A stretch of 64,000 nucleotides of DNA from the human T2T-CHM13v2.0 reference genome, Homo sapiens, in NCBI RefSeq assembly GCF_009914755.1, contig NC_060927.1; one strand, given 5' to 3'. Position numbers and translations under genes: made by a program. Below are positions 1 to 19,133 of the stretch, piece after piece (the first letter of the stretch is position 1; every line of letters begins with the position of its first letter). Under the pieces are notes generated by a model. The model was given only the letters and a program-made list of their open reading frames with translations, did not search any database and was not told the origin of the DNA.

Positions 1-39
1 CCTCAGTGAAGGTCACACTGCAGCACTATTGATTTCTAA

Positions 40-1944
<1,905 letters not shown>

Positions 1945-2128
1945 AGGTCACTCCTTGCAAAACATCAGAAAATTCATTCCTGAGATAATTGTTCCAAATG
2001 CAATGAGTATAGCAAACCATCAAGCATTAATTGACATTAGAGTCAATTCAGCATTGACTTGAGTTTCAGTTGACTTGACATTGAGTTCAAGCATTAATTG
2101 ACATTAAAGTGTTTACGTTAAGAGGATT

Positions 2129-2251
2129 GGGCTGGGCAGGGTGGCTTATACCTGTAATCCCAGCACTGTGGGAGGTCAAGACGGATAGATCACTTGAGGT
2201 CAGGAGTTTGAGACCATCCTGGCCAAAAGACGTGAGCCACTTTTCCTAGCC
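2129..2251 (+). mobile_element. Alu left arm fused to a short antisense Alu 5' end, in the ZNF 3' UTR
   Basis: ggctgggcagggtggcttatacctgtaatcccagc...catcctggcca followed by cgtgagccacttttcctagcc. Confidence 0.8.
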
Positions 2252-2254
2252 TGT

Positions 2255-2679
2255 TTTTTGTTTCTGATAGGGATTTTTATGGGTATTGTGTTGAATCTAA
2301 ATCACATTGGGTTATATAATCATTTAACAATATTAATCTTTCCAATCCATCAATATGGGTCATATCTCTATTTATATAAGTTTTTAATCATTTTGATCAA
2401 TGTTTGTAGATTTCAAGGTACAAACTTCTCACCTTTTTACGTTTATTCCTAAATATTTCTTACTGTAAGTTCTCTAGCAAATGGAAGTGTTTTCTTAATT
2501 TTCTTTTAACATTGTTTATTGTTAATGTATGGAAATTTAACTAATTTTTGGTACTGATATTGTATTCTGCAAATACACTGTGTTTATTAGCTTCAGTAGT
2601 ATTTTAGTTGACTCTGTGATTTTCTACACAGCAGATCATGTCATCTACAAACAAATACAATTTTACTTCTTTCTTTCTG
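2255..2679 (-). mobile_element. Old L1M fragment
   Basis: T-rich antisense L1 ORF2-like text (ttgaatcta...catttaacaatattaatcttccaatccat). Confidence 0.65.
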
Positions 2680-2689
2680 AAAAAAAAAA
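2654..2689 (+). terminator. Candidate poly(A) signal (AATACA) and genomic A10 tract marking the 3' end of the retrocopy
   Basis: AATACA at 2654-2659, 20 nt before the A run at 2680-2689. The antisense L1M-like UTR sequence stops abruptly at the A run. Confidence 0.55.
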
Positions 2690-2842
2690 TGGATAACTAA
2701 TACAGATGCCTACCCTGAAACATGCCATTTTTTGATCCTTATGTTTTGGGATCTTTCTCACTACCACTGACCAACTTTTCATATCCTGAAGATATGAAGC
2801 AGTGAAAATAAGAGAATTCAAGACAGGCTAAAAAAAAAAAAA

Positions 2843-3134
<292 letters not shown>

Positions 3135-3265
3135 TCAGTGTGGTGTAGGCAAAAAGTATGGACACATAGAAATATGGAACAGAATAAATAATCTAGAAAT
3201 AGTTTCATATGAATATAGTCACTTGATTTTGACAGAAATGCAAAGGCAATTCAATGCAGCTTTTT

Positions 3266-3625
3266 GTATTGGTTTCCTATTGCTACTATAAAATATTACC
3301 ATAAACATAGTGGTTATTATAAAACAATACAACTTGATTATTTTACCGTTCTGGCAGTCAGAAGCCCAAAAATGGGTCTTACATGGTAAAATCAAGGTAT
3401 CAGTAGAGCCATGTTGATTCTGGAGGCTCTAGGGGAGAATCTATTACTTGCCTTTTCCAGCATCTAGAGGCTGCCCACATTCCTTGGTTCCTGGTTTTTG
3501 GCCCCTTTCAGCAAGGACATCACTCCAATCTCTGGTTCTGTCATTGCATCTCCTTCTCTGACTCTGACCCTCCTGCATTTTTCATAAGGACCCTTGTGAT
3601 TACATTGAGCACACCTGGATGATCT
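3266..3625 (-). mobile_element. MLT1-type MaLR LTR (partial)
   Basis: tgtattggtttcctattgct...tggaggctctaggggagaatc...aaggacccttgtgattacattg. Confidence 0.75.
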
Positions 3626-3678
3626 TTTCAACAAGTGATGGAACTAGACATCTATATGCAAAAAACAAACAAACCTTG

Positions 3679-3976
3679 GCCAGGCATGGTGACTCATGCC
3701 TGTAATCCCAGCACTTTGGGAGGCCAAGGCAGGAACATCACTTGAGGCTGGGATTTCAAGACCAGCTTGGGCTACATAGCAAGGTAACATCTGTCCAGAA
3801 AGTTTTTTAAATAAAATATTAGCTGGGTGTGGATGGCACATGCCTGTAGTCCTAGTTACTCAAGAGGCTGAGGCAGGAGTATCACTTGAACACAGAAGTT
3901 CAAAGCTGCAGTGAGCTGTGATCATGCCACTGCACTCCAGCCCAGGCAATAGAGCAAGACCCTGTCTCTAAAAAAT
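3679..3976 (+). mobile_element. Alu (J-like)
   Basis: Diverged dimeric Alu. Confidence 0.92.
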
Positions 3977-4123
3977 AAACAAATACTGAAAATATTTACT
4001 CTACAAAAGATATGGGTAAGGAAATGAAAGGTGAGCCAAAGACGGGAAAATATTTGCAAATCATGTGTTTGACCAAGGACTTGTTTCCCGCATATTCAAA
4101 GAACCCTCAAAATGCAGAAGTAA

Positions 4124-4465
<342 letters not shown>

Positions 4466-4632
4466 GACAAGAAAACCCTTTTTTAATCACAAAAAATGTG
4501 AGCATTCACTTCACCAAATAAGATATACAGATGTCCGAAAAAGCACATCAAGAGATGTTCAACATTACTAGTCATTAGGGAAATACAAGTAAAACTACAA
4601 TGAGATACTACTACATACCTATTAACATGACT

Positions 4633-4635
4633 ACA

Positions 4636-4667
<32 letters not shown>
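4633..4667. repeat. (CA)n microsatellite
   Basis: Read directly; one interruption. Confidence 0.95.
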
Positions 4668-4669
<2 letters not shown>

Positions 4670-5452
4670 ACTGAGGATACCAAGTGCTGGTGAGGATGTG
4701 GAGTAATTGGAACTCTTACACATTGCTGGTGAGAGTGCAAAATAATACAGTCACTTTGGAAAACAGTTTGACAGTGTCTTTTAAAGTTAAACATACAATA
4801 TGATCTAGTTATTCCACTTCTAGATATTTATACAAATATAATGAAAACCTATGTTTGTACAAAAAAAAACTTGTTTGTGAATGTTTATTGATGCCTTATT
4901 CATAATCATCAAAACCCGGAAACAACCCAAAGATCCCTCAACTGGGGAATGAATTAAAAATGTAAACCAACTATGGTACATGTATACAATAAATGAGTAC
5001 TCAGCAATAAATGAGAGTAAACTATTGTTACATGCAATATTGCAAGTGAATCTCATATGCATTATGTTCAGTGAAAGAAGCCAGACTCAACCACACACTA
5101 TATGATTTTCTTGATAATGACATTCTGGAAAAGGCAAAACTATAGGAACAGAGTTGAGAGTAGTGATTGCCAAGAGTTAAGAGTGGAGCAAGTGTTTGAC
5201 TAGAAAGAGGTAGCTAGACAGAAATGTATTTGAACGTGGGTGGAGTGATGGAACTGTCCTATAACTTACTTGTGGCAGTGGTTACAAGAGCTCCAGGCCT
5301 CATAGAAACTCATAGACTGTCCACCAAAAATAGTGAAATTTATTAAATGTGAACTTCTCAAACAAATTTTTAAAAAAGAAAAAGGTATATGAGGTCAAAT
5401 GTCCTGTATGCCTTCATGTTAGAGGATGAGTTCCCTATGTCAGGGAAAAAAA

Positions 5453-5493
5453 GGATGGATGGATGGATGGATGGATGGATGGATGGATGGATG
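5453..5493. repeat. (GGAT)10 microsatellite
   Basis: Read directly. Confidence 0.95.
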
Positions 5494-5763
5494 GTCTGCC
5501 AGCCTAACTGCATGCCTGCTGAAAATTTTCAGTGATATTTCTAAGATCTTTTGGGTAGGTGTGCAGATGTCTTTTCTATACACCTTCTTCAAGTGACAGT
5601 AATGTGAGCATTTGATTAAATGAGACACCAAATCAGAAAATTCTTTATAAATTGAAAGTGTACTGCAAACACCAGATATGTTACTGCCAAAGGAAGAAAC
5701 AGTCTAGATATTCATGTGTCTTAAGATTGAGGCTCCTGAAAGGCCATAAAACAAATACCCCAG

Positions 5764-6763
5764 TATCAGGGGAACTTGCCCCCAATATTTCAACGTAGGT
5801 TCTTTCTATTTTCCCTAAGTGTCGGCTGGTCTGAGAAACAAAGAGAAAGAGTACAAAGAGAGGAATTTTACAGCTGGGCTGCCAGGGGTGACATCACATA
5901 TTGGTAGGACCATGATGCCCACCTGAGCCGCAAAACCAGTAAGTTTTTATTCAGGATTTCAAAAGGGGAAGGGGTATATGAATAGGGAGTAGGTCACATG
6001 CTTTAAGGGGCAAAAAGCAGAGTAAAGATCATATGCATCTGAGGAAATGGGGCAAGGACAAAATCAGAACTCCTGGTAAGGGTCTATGTTCAGCAGTGCA
6101 CGTATTGTCTTGATAAACATCTTAACAGAAAACAGAGTTTGAGAGCAGAGAACTGGTCTGACCTCAAATTTACCAGGCTGGGATTTCCCAATCCTAGTAA
6201 GCCTGAGAGTACTGCAGGAGACCAGGGCGTATCTCAGTCCTTATCTCAACCACATAGGACAGACATCCCCAGAGCGGCCGTTTATAGACCTGCCCCCAGG
6301 AATGCAATTCTTTCCCTAGGGTCTTAATATTCCTTGCTAGGAAAAGAATTTAGCGATATCTTCCCTATTTGCATGTCCATTTATAGGCTCTCTGCAAGAA
6401 GAAAAATATGGCTCTTTTTGCCCAACCCTGCAGGCAGTCAGACCTTATGGTTGTCTTCCCTTGTTCCCTAAAATCGCTGTTATTCTGTTCTTTTTCAAGG
6501 TGCACTGACTTCATATTGTTCAAACACACATGTTTTACAATCAATTTGTACAGTTAACGCAATCATCACAGTGGTCCTTAGGTGATGTACATCCTCAGCT
6601 TACGAAGATAACAGGATTAAGAGATTAAAATAAAGACAGGCATAAGAAATTATGAAAGTATTATTAGGGAAGTGATAAATGTCCATGAAATCTTCACAAT
6701 TTATGTTCCTCTGCTGAGGCTCCAGCCGGTCCCTCCATTCAGGGTCCCTGACTTCCCGTGACA
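5764..6763 (-). mobile_element. MER11 solo LTR (HERV-K11/HML-8)
   Basis: Minus strand begins tgtcacgggaagtcagggaccc (MER11 5' end). 6-bp TSD CCCCAG at 5758-5763 and 6764-6769. Confidence 0.92.
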
Positions 6764-8203
6764 CCCCAGGTTTTTAAAGAGCCACAGGAAGTCCCTATCC
6801 AGAGATGAAGTGACATGCAGTTAGTGTGATCAATGCAGTGCAAAGCCGCTGTTAATAACCATCCATGACATCTCCCCTTCCTGATTTGCCACCTGACAAA
6901 ATGCCCTGTGGAGGGCTGGAAATGGAGGATGAATCCAATCTCAGCATTTTTCTGAGAAGGAAAATGAAACTCAAAAAAAGGAGACTCCCAGGGTCACACT
7001 GTGAGCTGGAGGTAGAATTGGGGCTGCCAGTTTCAAGGCAGAATGTTCTTGACTGGATGCCATTTAAACGGCAGTTTTAAGTGGTTTGCAAAATACTAGT
7101 CCTTCTGACTTCCCCACAGGTAAACGCAAACAACCAGAATGGAAGATTACCAAAGTGGACAAAATATTCTAGAGACATAAAAGGGGGAAAATACAATTCA
7201 ATGTTCCTGTAAAGAGAAACTTCTGTCCAAAGAAATGTTTTAAATTTAACTGAGACTTGTAACATTCTTTTTGTTACAACCTGCTAGAGAGGACTTGATT
7301 TCTCTAAACTCTCCCCCCCGTGCAAGGGAACAATGATATGATTGTGGGTTGTTTCACTTTGAGTGTTTCTCAACCTCTAAATATGAGCCATTCTCTGCAT
7401 CTAAATATGAGCCAACCTATGTGTGATCTGAAGTCTTTTTAAATATAAATTGCCAGGGGGAGAAGGGGGTTAGTGGACCTTAAGGCTTTTATCTTCAGAT
7501 TTAAGAATTGACTTTCCCAAAGTTTAAAAAGAGAAAAGACCACTTACAGAAAATCTCTAATACATCTCTGTACTCCCAGTCCTGAAAAGAGAATTTCAGA
7601 AAGAAGCTGTTGCCGGGTGCTGACGTTTCTTTTTGGATCAAACCTAATATTCAAGTCAATTTTTATAGGTTGAAACTATAGAAGAAAGAAAGCAAAAGCC
7701 GAAAAACCAGCAAAAAGATCCCGCTATCAACTCCAGAGAGTGCAGAACTTAAAAAAATAAAATTTAAAACAAAAAAAACTTGACAAGTATCTTTGGACAG
7801 GTAGGAAGTTCAGTTTTGTGAGCACTCCATTCAATATGGTATGTGGTTGTGAATCTTGGAGAACTAAAGCCAAGCTTCTACCCTTCTTCCCAGAAGGCTC
7901 CCCACTCACAATGGGAGAGAAGCCAGAGGAAAGGAAATTATCATGGAGATTCATCTTGATGCAAAGGTGGGAGCCTTTATTTATAGTTACCACACGTTTC
8001 TTGCAGCTGAATGGCTTGCTTTCTGACAAGACACATTTGAGATCATCATATGCTTAAATTTACTAGCACACATTATGCAGTAAATTATTTCTGACTTAAA
8101 GCTTTTAAAAAGCATGCCCGATTTATGTGCACAGCAGAGCCCTGTAAATATGACTATTACAATGTCAATAGGCAGTGTTTAAGTCCTAATAGTCTCCCTA
8201 TGA

Positions 8204-8536
<333 letters not shown>

Positions 8537-8720
8537 TAAAGGAGAGTTAGTGAATTAGCAAATGACAAGCAGAAGAAGGATTTTTTTTGTTTTGTTTTTA
8601 CTTTCCTTTATCAAATAGTCTGCTTACCACAAATTTCATCAAGCGAACATCTGGAGATGGGAGATGGAACAGCTGTGAGTTAGTGCCTCTTCCTTGTCAT
8701 GGAGCAACTTGCCTCGCTGA

Positions 8721-9042
<322 letters not shown>

Positions 9043-10272
9043 TATAGCCTCAGTGTCTTCATCTGAAAAATAAGATGACAGCACCCACTTTGTGGTGCTG
9101 TTGTCAGGCTCTAATAAGGCATCTTGAGTTGTATTACTTAGTAAATGGTAAAGTACTATGATGTGTGAGAGAGTATTTGGGGTTTTGTTTTCCTTGTGGC
9201 ATTTTTTTTGCCCCCAGATGAAAGGGAAGAAATGAGGAATGGCTTCAGCATCAAAGTATACTCCCCATCAGCATATCTCACCACTGGCGACTCACCCTTT
9301 GAATGAAAACCCCTCAGAAAAAATTCCATGTGAGTGCTGAGTCTGTTGATTTCTTGCTAGTAAGGGAGAATTATTGGTCAGAATTTGAGCAGATGGTTGT
9401 CCCCCAGCATCAGGCTTATTTACAATTTAGAAAGGGAACTTCACAACTACTGTATATTAACTTGGGATTGCAATGATGGAGATATTTCATTCTGTCACTA
9501 GCAAAACCCATAATCAAATTCCAGTTTCCTTATCTGTCCCTTTCATTGGATCTTTTTCAAATAATTTGATGGTTACATACCAAATATGGTCCTCTAGTCA
9601 TTTAAATTCCCCACTTTATAGCTGTTCTTGCCAATTGGCTATCCATCAATTCTGCTCATACTGAGAACTCCGCCCTTTCCCTTTCTAGCTGTAGTCTCCT
9701 ATTCCTGCATTTTCCTTATAGATCCACGTCTATTGGTTTTTCTGTCCCTACTGAGTTTTTCTGCCATTGGCTATGGTAGATCTGCACCATTAATGGAGAG
9801 TTTCCAACTAAAACAGTTCTTTTTCAACTATCTTGGATAAATAAAATTTATCCATTCATTGGCTCAGAGCAATCATTCACACTTTAGTATAAGTGGATAT
9901 TTAAAATCTATTTAGCTATTTTGCATTCATAAGAAAACACAAGGTCGAAGAAGATGTGTAAAAGAGAAAAAAGGAGGGACATAATTTACAAATTTGTATC
10001 AGCCAGACAGTAATAATCTCCTGAAGAGAGCCTAGCTTTTAGTTTTCACTTGGCCCATCTCTGCTGTTAGCTTGATCAGCTGTCTCCCCTCTGCTGTCTG
10101 GAGGGCATCACTGTAACTCCAGACTGCACAAGAGCTGCAGTGGCAATCAGGTGTGGCATGTAGCAAAGGTATCAGTCTTTCCTGTCTTGCCAGCTACTCC
10201 CCTAACCTGATTCCCCTATGTCAGTGATGATAACATGGCCCAGATTGTTTTCATTCTTTTCAATGAATGTGA

Positions 10273-10617
<345 letters not shown>

Positions 10618-11319
10618 TCAAAATCATTTTTAAAAATTCTTTGCCATTCATAAGTTTTGCTTTGGGGTTCAGAAAATATGGCTGCCTCTGCTATGCCCAG
10701 ATGTCAGGGATCACCTTTTCCAAGGCATGCCCACAGCCCGGTGAAATGAGACCTAGAGAGCATTCTGTTTTGTACTGAAACTCTCTAAACTTTCAGTCAG
10801 AGTAATTTTACTGCTGTCACAAAACCGGGCCTGAAAACCGAACCTTAAAAAGGTCATTCGATTCCCTTGCCCTTAGGTCAGGGCCAAAATGTTCATAAGA
10901 GCCTCTTCTAAAACTAATTCCCTTTGACTTTAAATATCTAGTGGTGCGGCCTCAGCTATAACAGGGAGATGATCTTTGCCACAAAGATAACCAAAAAGTC
11001 TGAGTCTCATGGTCCAATGGTTATCTTTGTTTGTTTCTAAGTCAGCCTTCATTTCCTCTGTCTTAGTCATACCAGCTTATTCTATTTGAGGCTGTCTTCC
11101 TCTACCTGGTAAATTAACGTTCATTTTCCTGGGTTTTATACAAGTATAAAGCCCTGCTCTCGCCACATAATTTCACTGTAGCATGGTCATGCTGACGTGA
11201 CAGAATGACATGACAGAGTTAGCACTCTAGATAAAGGAGAAAAACTAAGATCAGAGTTATATTCGGCTTATAATACGGGCTCAAAGACCAAAGGTCCATT
11301 CCAAATAGTGTTTAGGATC

Positions 11320-11500
11320 AGACTGCCTCCAACTGGTTTTGCTACTTCATAGCTATATGACCTCTCTGGGCCTCAGTCTCCTTAACGGTCATATGAAGAT
11401 CACCCCACCACACCAGTGGGCCTCTGTGAGGGCGAAATGAAATTGTAAGGAGGCCAGCATGCTGACTCCCATATAAAGGATAATCAATGCATCTATTTGA
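11320..11500 (+). mobile_element. MIR fragment
   Basis: tatgacctctctgggcctcagtctcct...gtgagggcgaaatga. Confidence 0.6.
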
Positions 11501-12894
11501 ACCCATCATTTATCTAACACACTCTAAAAGCATTTCTATAACATCTGTGCGAAATTGCGGGGCTGTTCTCAGCACGGTTTGTCAGCCCTTCCTCGTGACG
11601 GTTGTTCCTCCCTTTACCATTGTTGACTCCTGCACTGCAAGGTGATCTGGCCAGCTCTAGGTAGGTTACACTTCAGTTTCCAAGCCAATTTTGAGAGGGA
11701 ATAGAAAAATATTCTGCCTTCTCTGCTCAGCACTCTCCCCCTTCTTCCTGGAACTGCTCTTTGACTCCGGCCATGCGGTTCACATGGGAAATACCTTTCT
11801 CTTCCATGGCCACAACTGAATACTCTAAGACGTGCAGCTTTCCAAACCAGAAAGCTTAGAGACATTCCTGGAAATCTTTGGAACTGGAATGAAGAAAAGA
11901 CTGTCCTTAACCTGTGGTAACAGCCTTGGGGAAGGGGACTTGGAGCTGTTAGCAGCCATGTTCCTGGCTGTGTGGACAAGGTCAATGTGCTAGGACAGAG
12001 AATCAAACTAATAAACAGGCAGAGTTGAGAGATGAGTGAAGGCATCTAGGGGCGCTGTTGTCTGTCCACTCTTCCTGAAGCCTGGCTGATCAACCTGTGC
12101 TTTATGGCATAAGCTCCCTCATTGTTTCAGGTGGGGTTCTGTGCTTGCAACCAAGCAGCGATGCCTAAGAGGAGAGGCAAACATTCATTCAGCCTGGATG
12201 TGTCCCAAGAGAACTTCCCGGTCTCCAACCCTTCCCTGGCCTACTCTATAAGGCTGGGCTCTATATTAACCCCTACAGTCTTGCTGATCTGTTGGTGTAT
12301 TCTGTCTGGCATCTCAGTCTATCAATAAAATAATAATCATAGGTATTACTTGAGGGTCTCTGGTACAATAAGCATTTTACATCTATTATTGCTCTCATTG
12401 TGTTAAATTAAAATTTCAAAAGGTAAAATCCTGACTCTCGTGCAAATGTGAAATGAACCCATGCCAAGGGTTTTATTCAACTCATTAATTAATAGGGAAA
12501 CCAGTAAGATGTAAAAACTGGTGCAAATAAGAATTTAAATTACAGAGATTTATATTCTGTACCAGAGAAAATTAATTGGCATTGCTATGAGCAGGAACTG
12601 TTACCATCAGTTTTCTATAACTTAATTTCTACTGTTAGTTGAATTTTTAAAAAGGCTAGTCATTGCTTCTCAGCCTTTTGGCTAATATCAAGTGTAAAAA
12701 AAAAAAGCCTAGCCAATGGCAAGTCAGTGAAATGTGCACACCCCTTTGGAATCAGATATCCCCAGAGGGTCCCCAGGACAATGGCCCCACTCAATTGAAA
12801 TAACACCCAGTAATCTCTATTATCCAATCCCAACTCTTGGACAATTTTTTTCTGACAATTACAGCAATCCTGAAGAAGAGAGATTATTATGCTT

Positions 12895-13030
12895 AATAAA
12901 ATATCATCTTCATTTTGAGATGAGGACACTGAGGCACACAGAAGTAAGACATTCATTTTGCTCACATGATTAATAAATGGCAGGTTAGGGTTCAAACCCA
13001 GCTCTGACTCCAGATTCCCAGTTTAAACTG
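12895..13030 (-). mobile_element. MIR fragment
   Basis: cattttgagatgaggacactgaggcacacagaagt...ttcaaacccag. Confidence 0.65.
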
Positions 13031-16018
13031 CCCAGGTTGGCTAGGTCCTAGGTATACTTCCTGGCTCATACAAGTCCATCTAGGGGAAAACATTACTCAC
13101 TCATTCATTTACTCATTCATTCATTTACTCGCCCATTCAACAGAAATTGCTTCTCTCTTTTATCCTGCATTTTAGGTGCTATGATGAATTGCTGTCCACT
13201 CAACCAACCCAAGACCAGCAGGAACAAAGCCTACTCTGAAAAAGCCTACAAAGTTGTGTTCATTGACACATTGCAAAGAGACCACACACCAGGAGAACCA
13301 TAGGGTATCTCCCCAAACAAGGAAAAGAAAAGAATTACAGTATGGGGCAAGGGGAGGAATGGAATTTAAGTGAAATGTATTTTGACAGACTCAAAGCAAG
13401 ATAGGTCTAAATGTAAAGGTATTATTTTAAGTCCTGGACTATGAAGCAGACCCAGGAACCTGTTTGCTGGGAAGCAATAAGATTATTATCCATAGCTGTG
13501 GAATACTGTGTCCAAAAACCCCTCCTCCAAAGCTCTGTACCTAGGGTTTGAATCAAGGCTTCTTCTCTCTTGGTGACTTAGATCCTCCAGGCAAGGGTGA
13601 GATGTTTCACTCTAACATCATTTCAAACAGCAATGTTTCTGATAGTCTAAGATTTTAGAGAAAAAAGGTTTCTCAGTGAGTCAGAAGGCACTACTCACTC
13701 CAAGAAGGGGGTTGTTGTGACCCTTTACCACTACAGTGTGCCCCTTGGGAGAAATACTATTTATTGTTAACTTTGAATCTGCTTTTATCTTTTATTCCAG
13801 CCTGATGAATGGCCAGGCAGATTTTAACAGTCCAAGCTAATTTTTACTTTCTCTTGTCTCAATGGGGGTGACAGACAATCAGGTCATTACAACACAGTGG
13901 GAGAAGCAACTATGATGAGGGTTTAATTTAGACTTCATTTAGGTCAGGGAAGACTGTCTGCAGGAGGCAGACCTCCCAGCTGGGAAAAGCAGAAGCTGGC
14001 CGAACGAAAGTGGGAAGGAGGAGTGTTACAGCACAGTGAGGACTTGGGCAGAGGCACCAGAGTGGGGCAGAGGGTGGTAAATTGGAGGAATCACAAGTGT
14101 CATTGAAGGCAAATCAACGGAATGTCTAGAATGCTTTGGAGGACTGCGTAACACTTACATCAGAACTTAGACCAAACTCTCCTCTGGCTAAGGTTAGAAA
14201 GCACAGGTCACTGGGAGTATGTGTTCTCTGTTCAGGGGAGAGTCATTAGCGTGGTCTTCCTATGCATATACACATGAAAGGCAAGTAGCCCCCAGAGGGG
14301 AAGTGCTAAGGGGGAGTTCCCCCGAGGTTTCCTAAGGCACCTGGTTTGCAAAGCTGATCCCTGTGTGGAAAGTGGAGCCATTTGTAGACTTGCCCTGAAC
14401 CATCCCATCCTGTTTCCTGAGGACATTTAGGGAACCAGGCTAGCCTTTAACCAATGCTGAGTTTCAGGAAAGGACAAGGACAACCAAGAAATAAAACCAC
14501 CATGAAGAAACAGGGTGTTTCTGAGAACTGAATATACCAGTGGGTGGTATCATTCAAGGTCCTGGGAGGGAACAGACTGCACAGTGAAACAGGATAATCC
14601 TCTTTCTCGTCTCTTCACTGGCCGAAACCAATCAGGAACAAAGGGCAAGGATTTAATTGGTCCAGGTGGACCTGGGCATCGGAGGTCATGTAGCTCTGCA
14701 GGGCACTGCAGTGTGTGGTCAGCACTGAGGGCACCTCTCTCTGAGAGCTGCCAAGGCTGTCCCTGGAGGTCATCCTCCAGGACAGAGAGCAAGGTGGAAA
14801 AGGGAGAACAGTGGATTTGGAGGGACAAAGTAGAAAGTTCTAGAACACGGGCTAATACTAAGGGCTCTTTTGGACTTGTTCACCCTGGCACAGAGGTTTT
14901 TCTCTGCAAAACAACAGCTGGATTTGGGAAAGTGAGATAAAAGGAGTTGTCACTTATAGCACAGCAGGGAACAGCAGACCCTAGCACTGTGGACCTGGTG
15001 TCTTCAACAAACTGCCACTTTGGAGACAAGCAGTAGAAAGAATTTTAAATTATTGAACTTACTAGTTTTAACTTATATTATTTTAAATGATTTCTTATTT
15101 AAAAAATTAACGAGTGTCCATGTTGGCACCCTTTGTTAGAGAAGCAGATCCTGTTAGAGTGGTGACAGCCAAGTCTGGAGCCCTAAGCAAGTCTGGAAGG
15201 ACATGAGTGTCAGGTGGAGACTTTATCCTGAGGGCAGTGTGGACCTGGAGGGCCTCCAGCAGGGAGCAGCATGTGGTACTGGCTGCTTTTGCTGGATTAT
15301 GCTGTGATAGGCAAGCCCCTGCCCATCCCTTACATTACCAGGAAGGATTGCATATTAATTCTGTTGTCACCTGACTCCCTTGCCCAGATGGGGAAGACAA
15401 CTGTTAAGCACTAGAAGAGAAGACAAGAAAGGGGAGTCAGAACACAGGGACAAAAAACAGTACTTGCTTTTCAATTTTGAGCCTTCAAGATATCGGCTGG
15501 AGAACTAGAAAATCTTGTTTCCAGGCATCACATTCTTCGGTTCCTCTGCATTTTTCTAAGCTTTGGAGGAATGTATAAACTGGTTTCCAAAAATGTTCTG
15601 AGTTTTCTTTCAACAAAACTATTGAACACCTGCTATGTGTCAGGTACCAAGAGAACAACAGAGAAGAAAACATGGGCTGCCTGACAGCCTTGCAGAGCGA
15701 CAGACACATGCGCAGTTATTTGCAGGTGTATGGCTTAGCCTCTAAAACAATGCAGGCCATGTTTTAGACCAAAGAAAAGGATAGCTAGAATTTTTACAGG
15801 TGCATAAAATTAAGTAAATTATAGTCCTTATTTCATGGTGCTTATTGTCATCAGCCTGTTTTATTTTTTGCAATTCAATTCCCACTTATGTTTCTCCCCA
15901 TAGGCACCCACTTTGATGGACTTAATAAGTATCCTTGGATAGGATGGCATCTTTATAAAATCATACAGAAGTGGTATCACACCGTAGATCTTAATCTGCC
16001 GCTTCTTTCACTCAACAC

Positions 16019-16198
16019 TTTTTTTTATTATTTTACTTTAAGTTCTGGTGTACATGTGCAGAACGTTCAGGTTTGTTACATAGGTATACGTGTGCCATGG
16101 TGGTTTGTTGCACCCATCAACGCGTCATCTAGGTTTTAAGTCCTGCATGCATTAGGTATTTGTCCTAATGCTCTCCCTCCCCTTGCCCCCTATCCCCA
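16019..16198 (-). mobile_element. L1PA 3'-end fragment
   Basis: ttattttactttaagttctggtgtacatgtgcagaacg...cctaatgctctccctcccc. Confidence 0.9.
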
Positions 16199-16383
16199 AC
16201 ACTAATTTTTAAGATCTACCCATGATGCACACGCACATCTAGTTCATAGGGCCTAACTGCTGGAAAGTATTCCACAGGTTGTATCTATTCCATAGTATTA
16301 TCCATTCCCTGAGCAGTAAATGCTCAGATGCCTCCAATTGTCCTACTACCACATTAATCTGGAGATTAACGTAGCATCTGTAG

Positions 16384-17197
<814 letters not shown>

Positions 17198-17871
17198 CCT
17201 CCATCTTGTTTTATTTTGGTATCCAATGAAGTTGAGCAATCTTAGCCATTTTGATTTCCCCTTGAATACACTTTGTGTATTTTTCTGTTGGATTTACTTT
17301 AGATATTATTTCTGTCACTTTTTGATGATGTAAAAATCTCCCTTTCTGTAAGCCAGTTGTCATCTTTGTCTACTATATCACATTAAAAATGAATTCTTAA
17401 TCGTGGTCTAATATAATCCATTGAACTTTTTTACCCAATTGTTGGTGATTTCTGGGTTTTGTAGAAATCCTTCAACCCTACCTCTCTTCTACCCCCAAAA
17501 AGATACTCTTCCTACATTTTCTTTTTTTAACTTTATAGTTTTATCTTTCCATTGGATCTTGGTTGATCTGAAATTTACCTTCACACAGAATGAAGTAAGG
17601 ACCTAATTTTACTTTTCTCCAATAGTGAGGCACTGTTGCCTTTCTCCACTGACTTGTGGTGTCAACCTCATATATCAAGTTCTCATGTACACAGCTTTGC
17701 TTCTGAGCTCTCTGTTCTGCCCCATCGGGCTATTTACCCACACTTATGTACCATAATGCTTTTGTTGCTGTGGCTTTGCAGTATTTGTTAATATCTGGGA
17801 GTCTAGTCGTCCTTCTTGCCTTTCCTTTATGAAAATGAACCTATTCATGGATATTTCCTCTTCTATAGACA

Positions 17872-18024
17872 TTTTATTTATTTTTATTTTTTCATTTCTA
17901 TTTTTGTAGAGATGTGGTCTCACTATGTGGCCCAGGCTGATCTCAAACTCCTAGCTTCAAGTAATCCTCCCACCTCATCCTCCTAAAGTGCTGGGATTAC
18001 AGATGTGAGCCACTGAGCCCAGCC
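17872..18024 (-). mobile_element. Alu monomer (FLAM-like)
   Basis: Left arm only. Confidence 0.85.
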
Positions 18025-18272
18025 AACAAACATAATTAAATTTGTAAATTCAAAGGTGTACATTTTGACATATAGTACTTGGAATCCATTTAGAATATAT
18101 AAAATATTCTCTTTAGGCATGATGAAATTTTTGTTTTTATGTCCATATGCTTTGCCTCAGATATTCTAGTTCTTGGAATTTGTCCTACAAATATAATTGT
18201 CCAAGTGGGTAAAGTTATATTTATTTTAAACATTTATTGTAAACATCCTAAATGTTCATCAGTAAAAGAATT

Positions 18273-19080
<808 letters not shown>

Positions 19081-19133
19081 GGAATGATTTAATTTAAAAT
19101 TATTGTATATCCCTACAATGAAATGTTTTTATC

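Noticed and set aside
7376-7414. 15-bp direct repeat tctaaatatgagcca
   Set aside because: An isolated local duplication with no insert features or further copies.
9440-9840. Possible decayed ERVL RNase H relic on the minus strand (GKG..SSQ..AEL-like)
   Set aside because: It needs several frameshifts to read and cannot be supported without a profile search.
12041-12058. CTCF-like catctaggggcgctg
   Set aside because: One base short in the core; too weak to call.
11614-14940. Non-Alu ORFs of 140+ aa (11614-12045, 14515-14940)
   Set aside because: No recognisable domain or splice structure; they lie in probable old LTR/L2-derived sequence.
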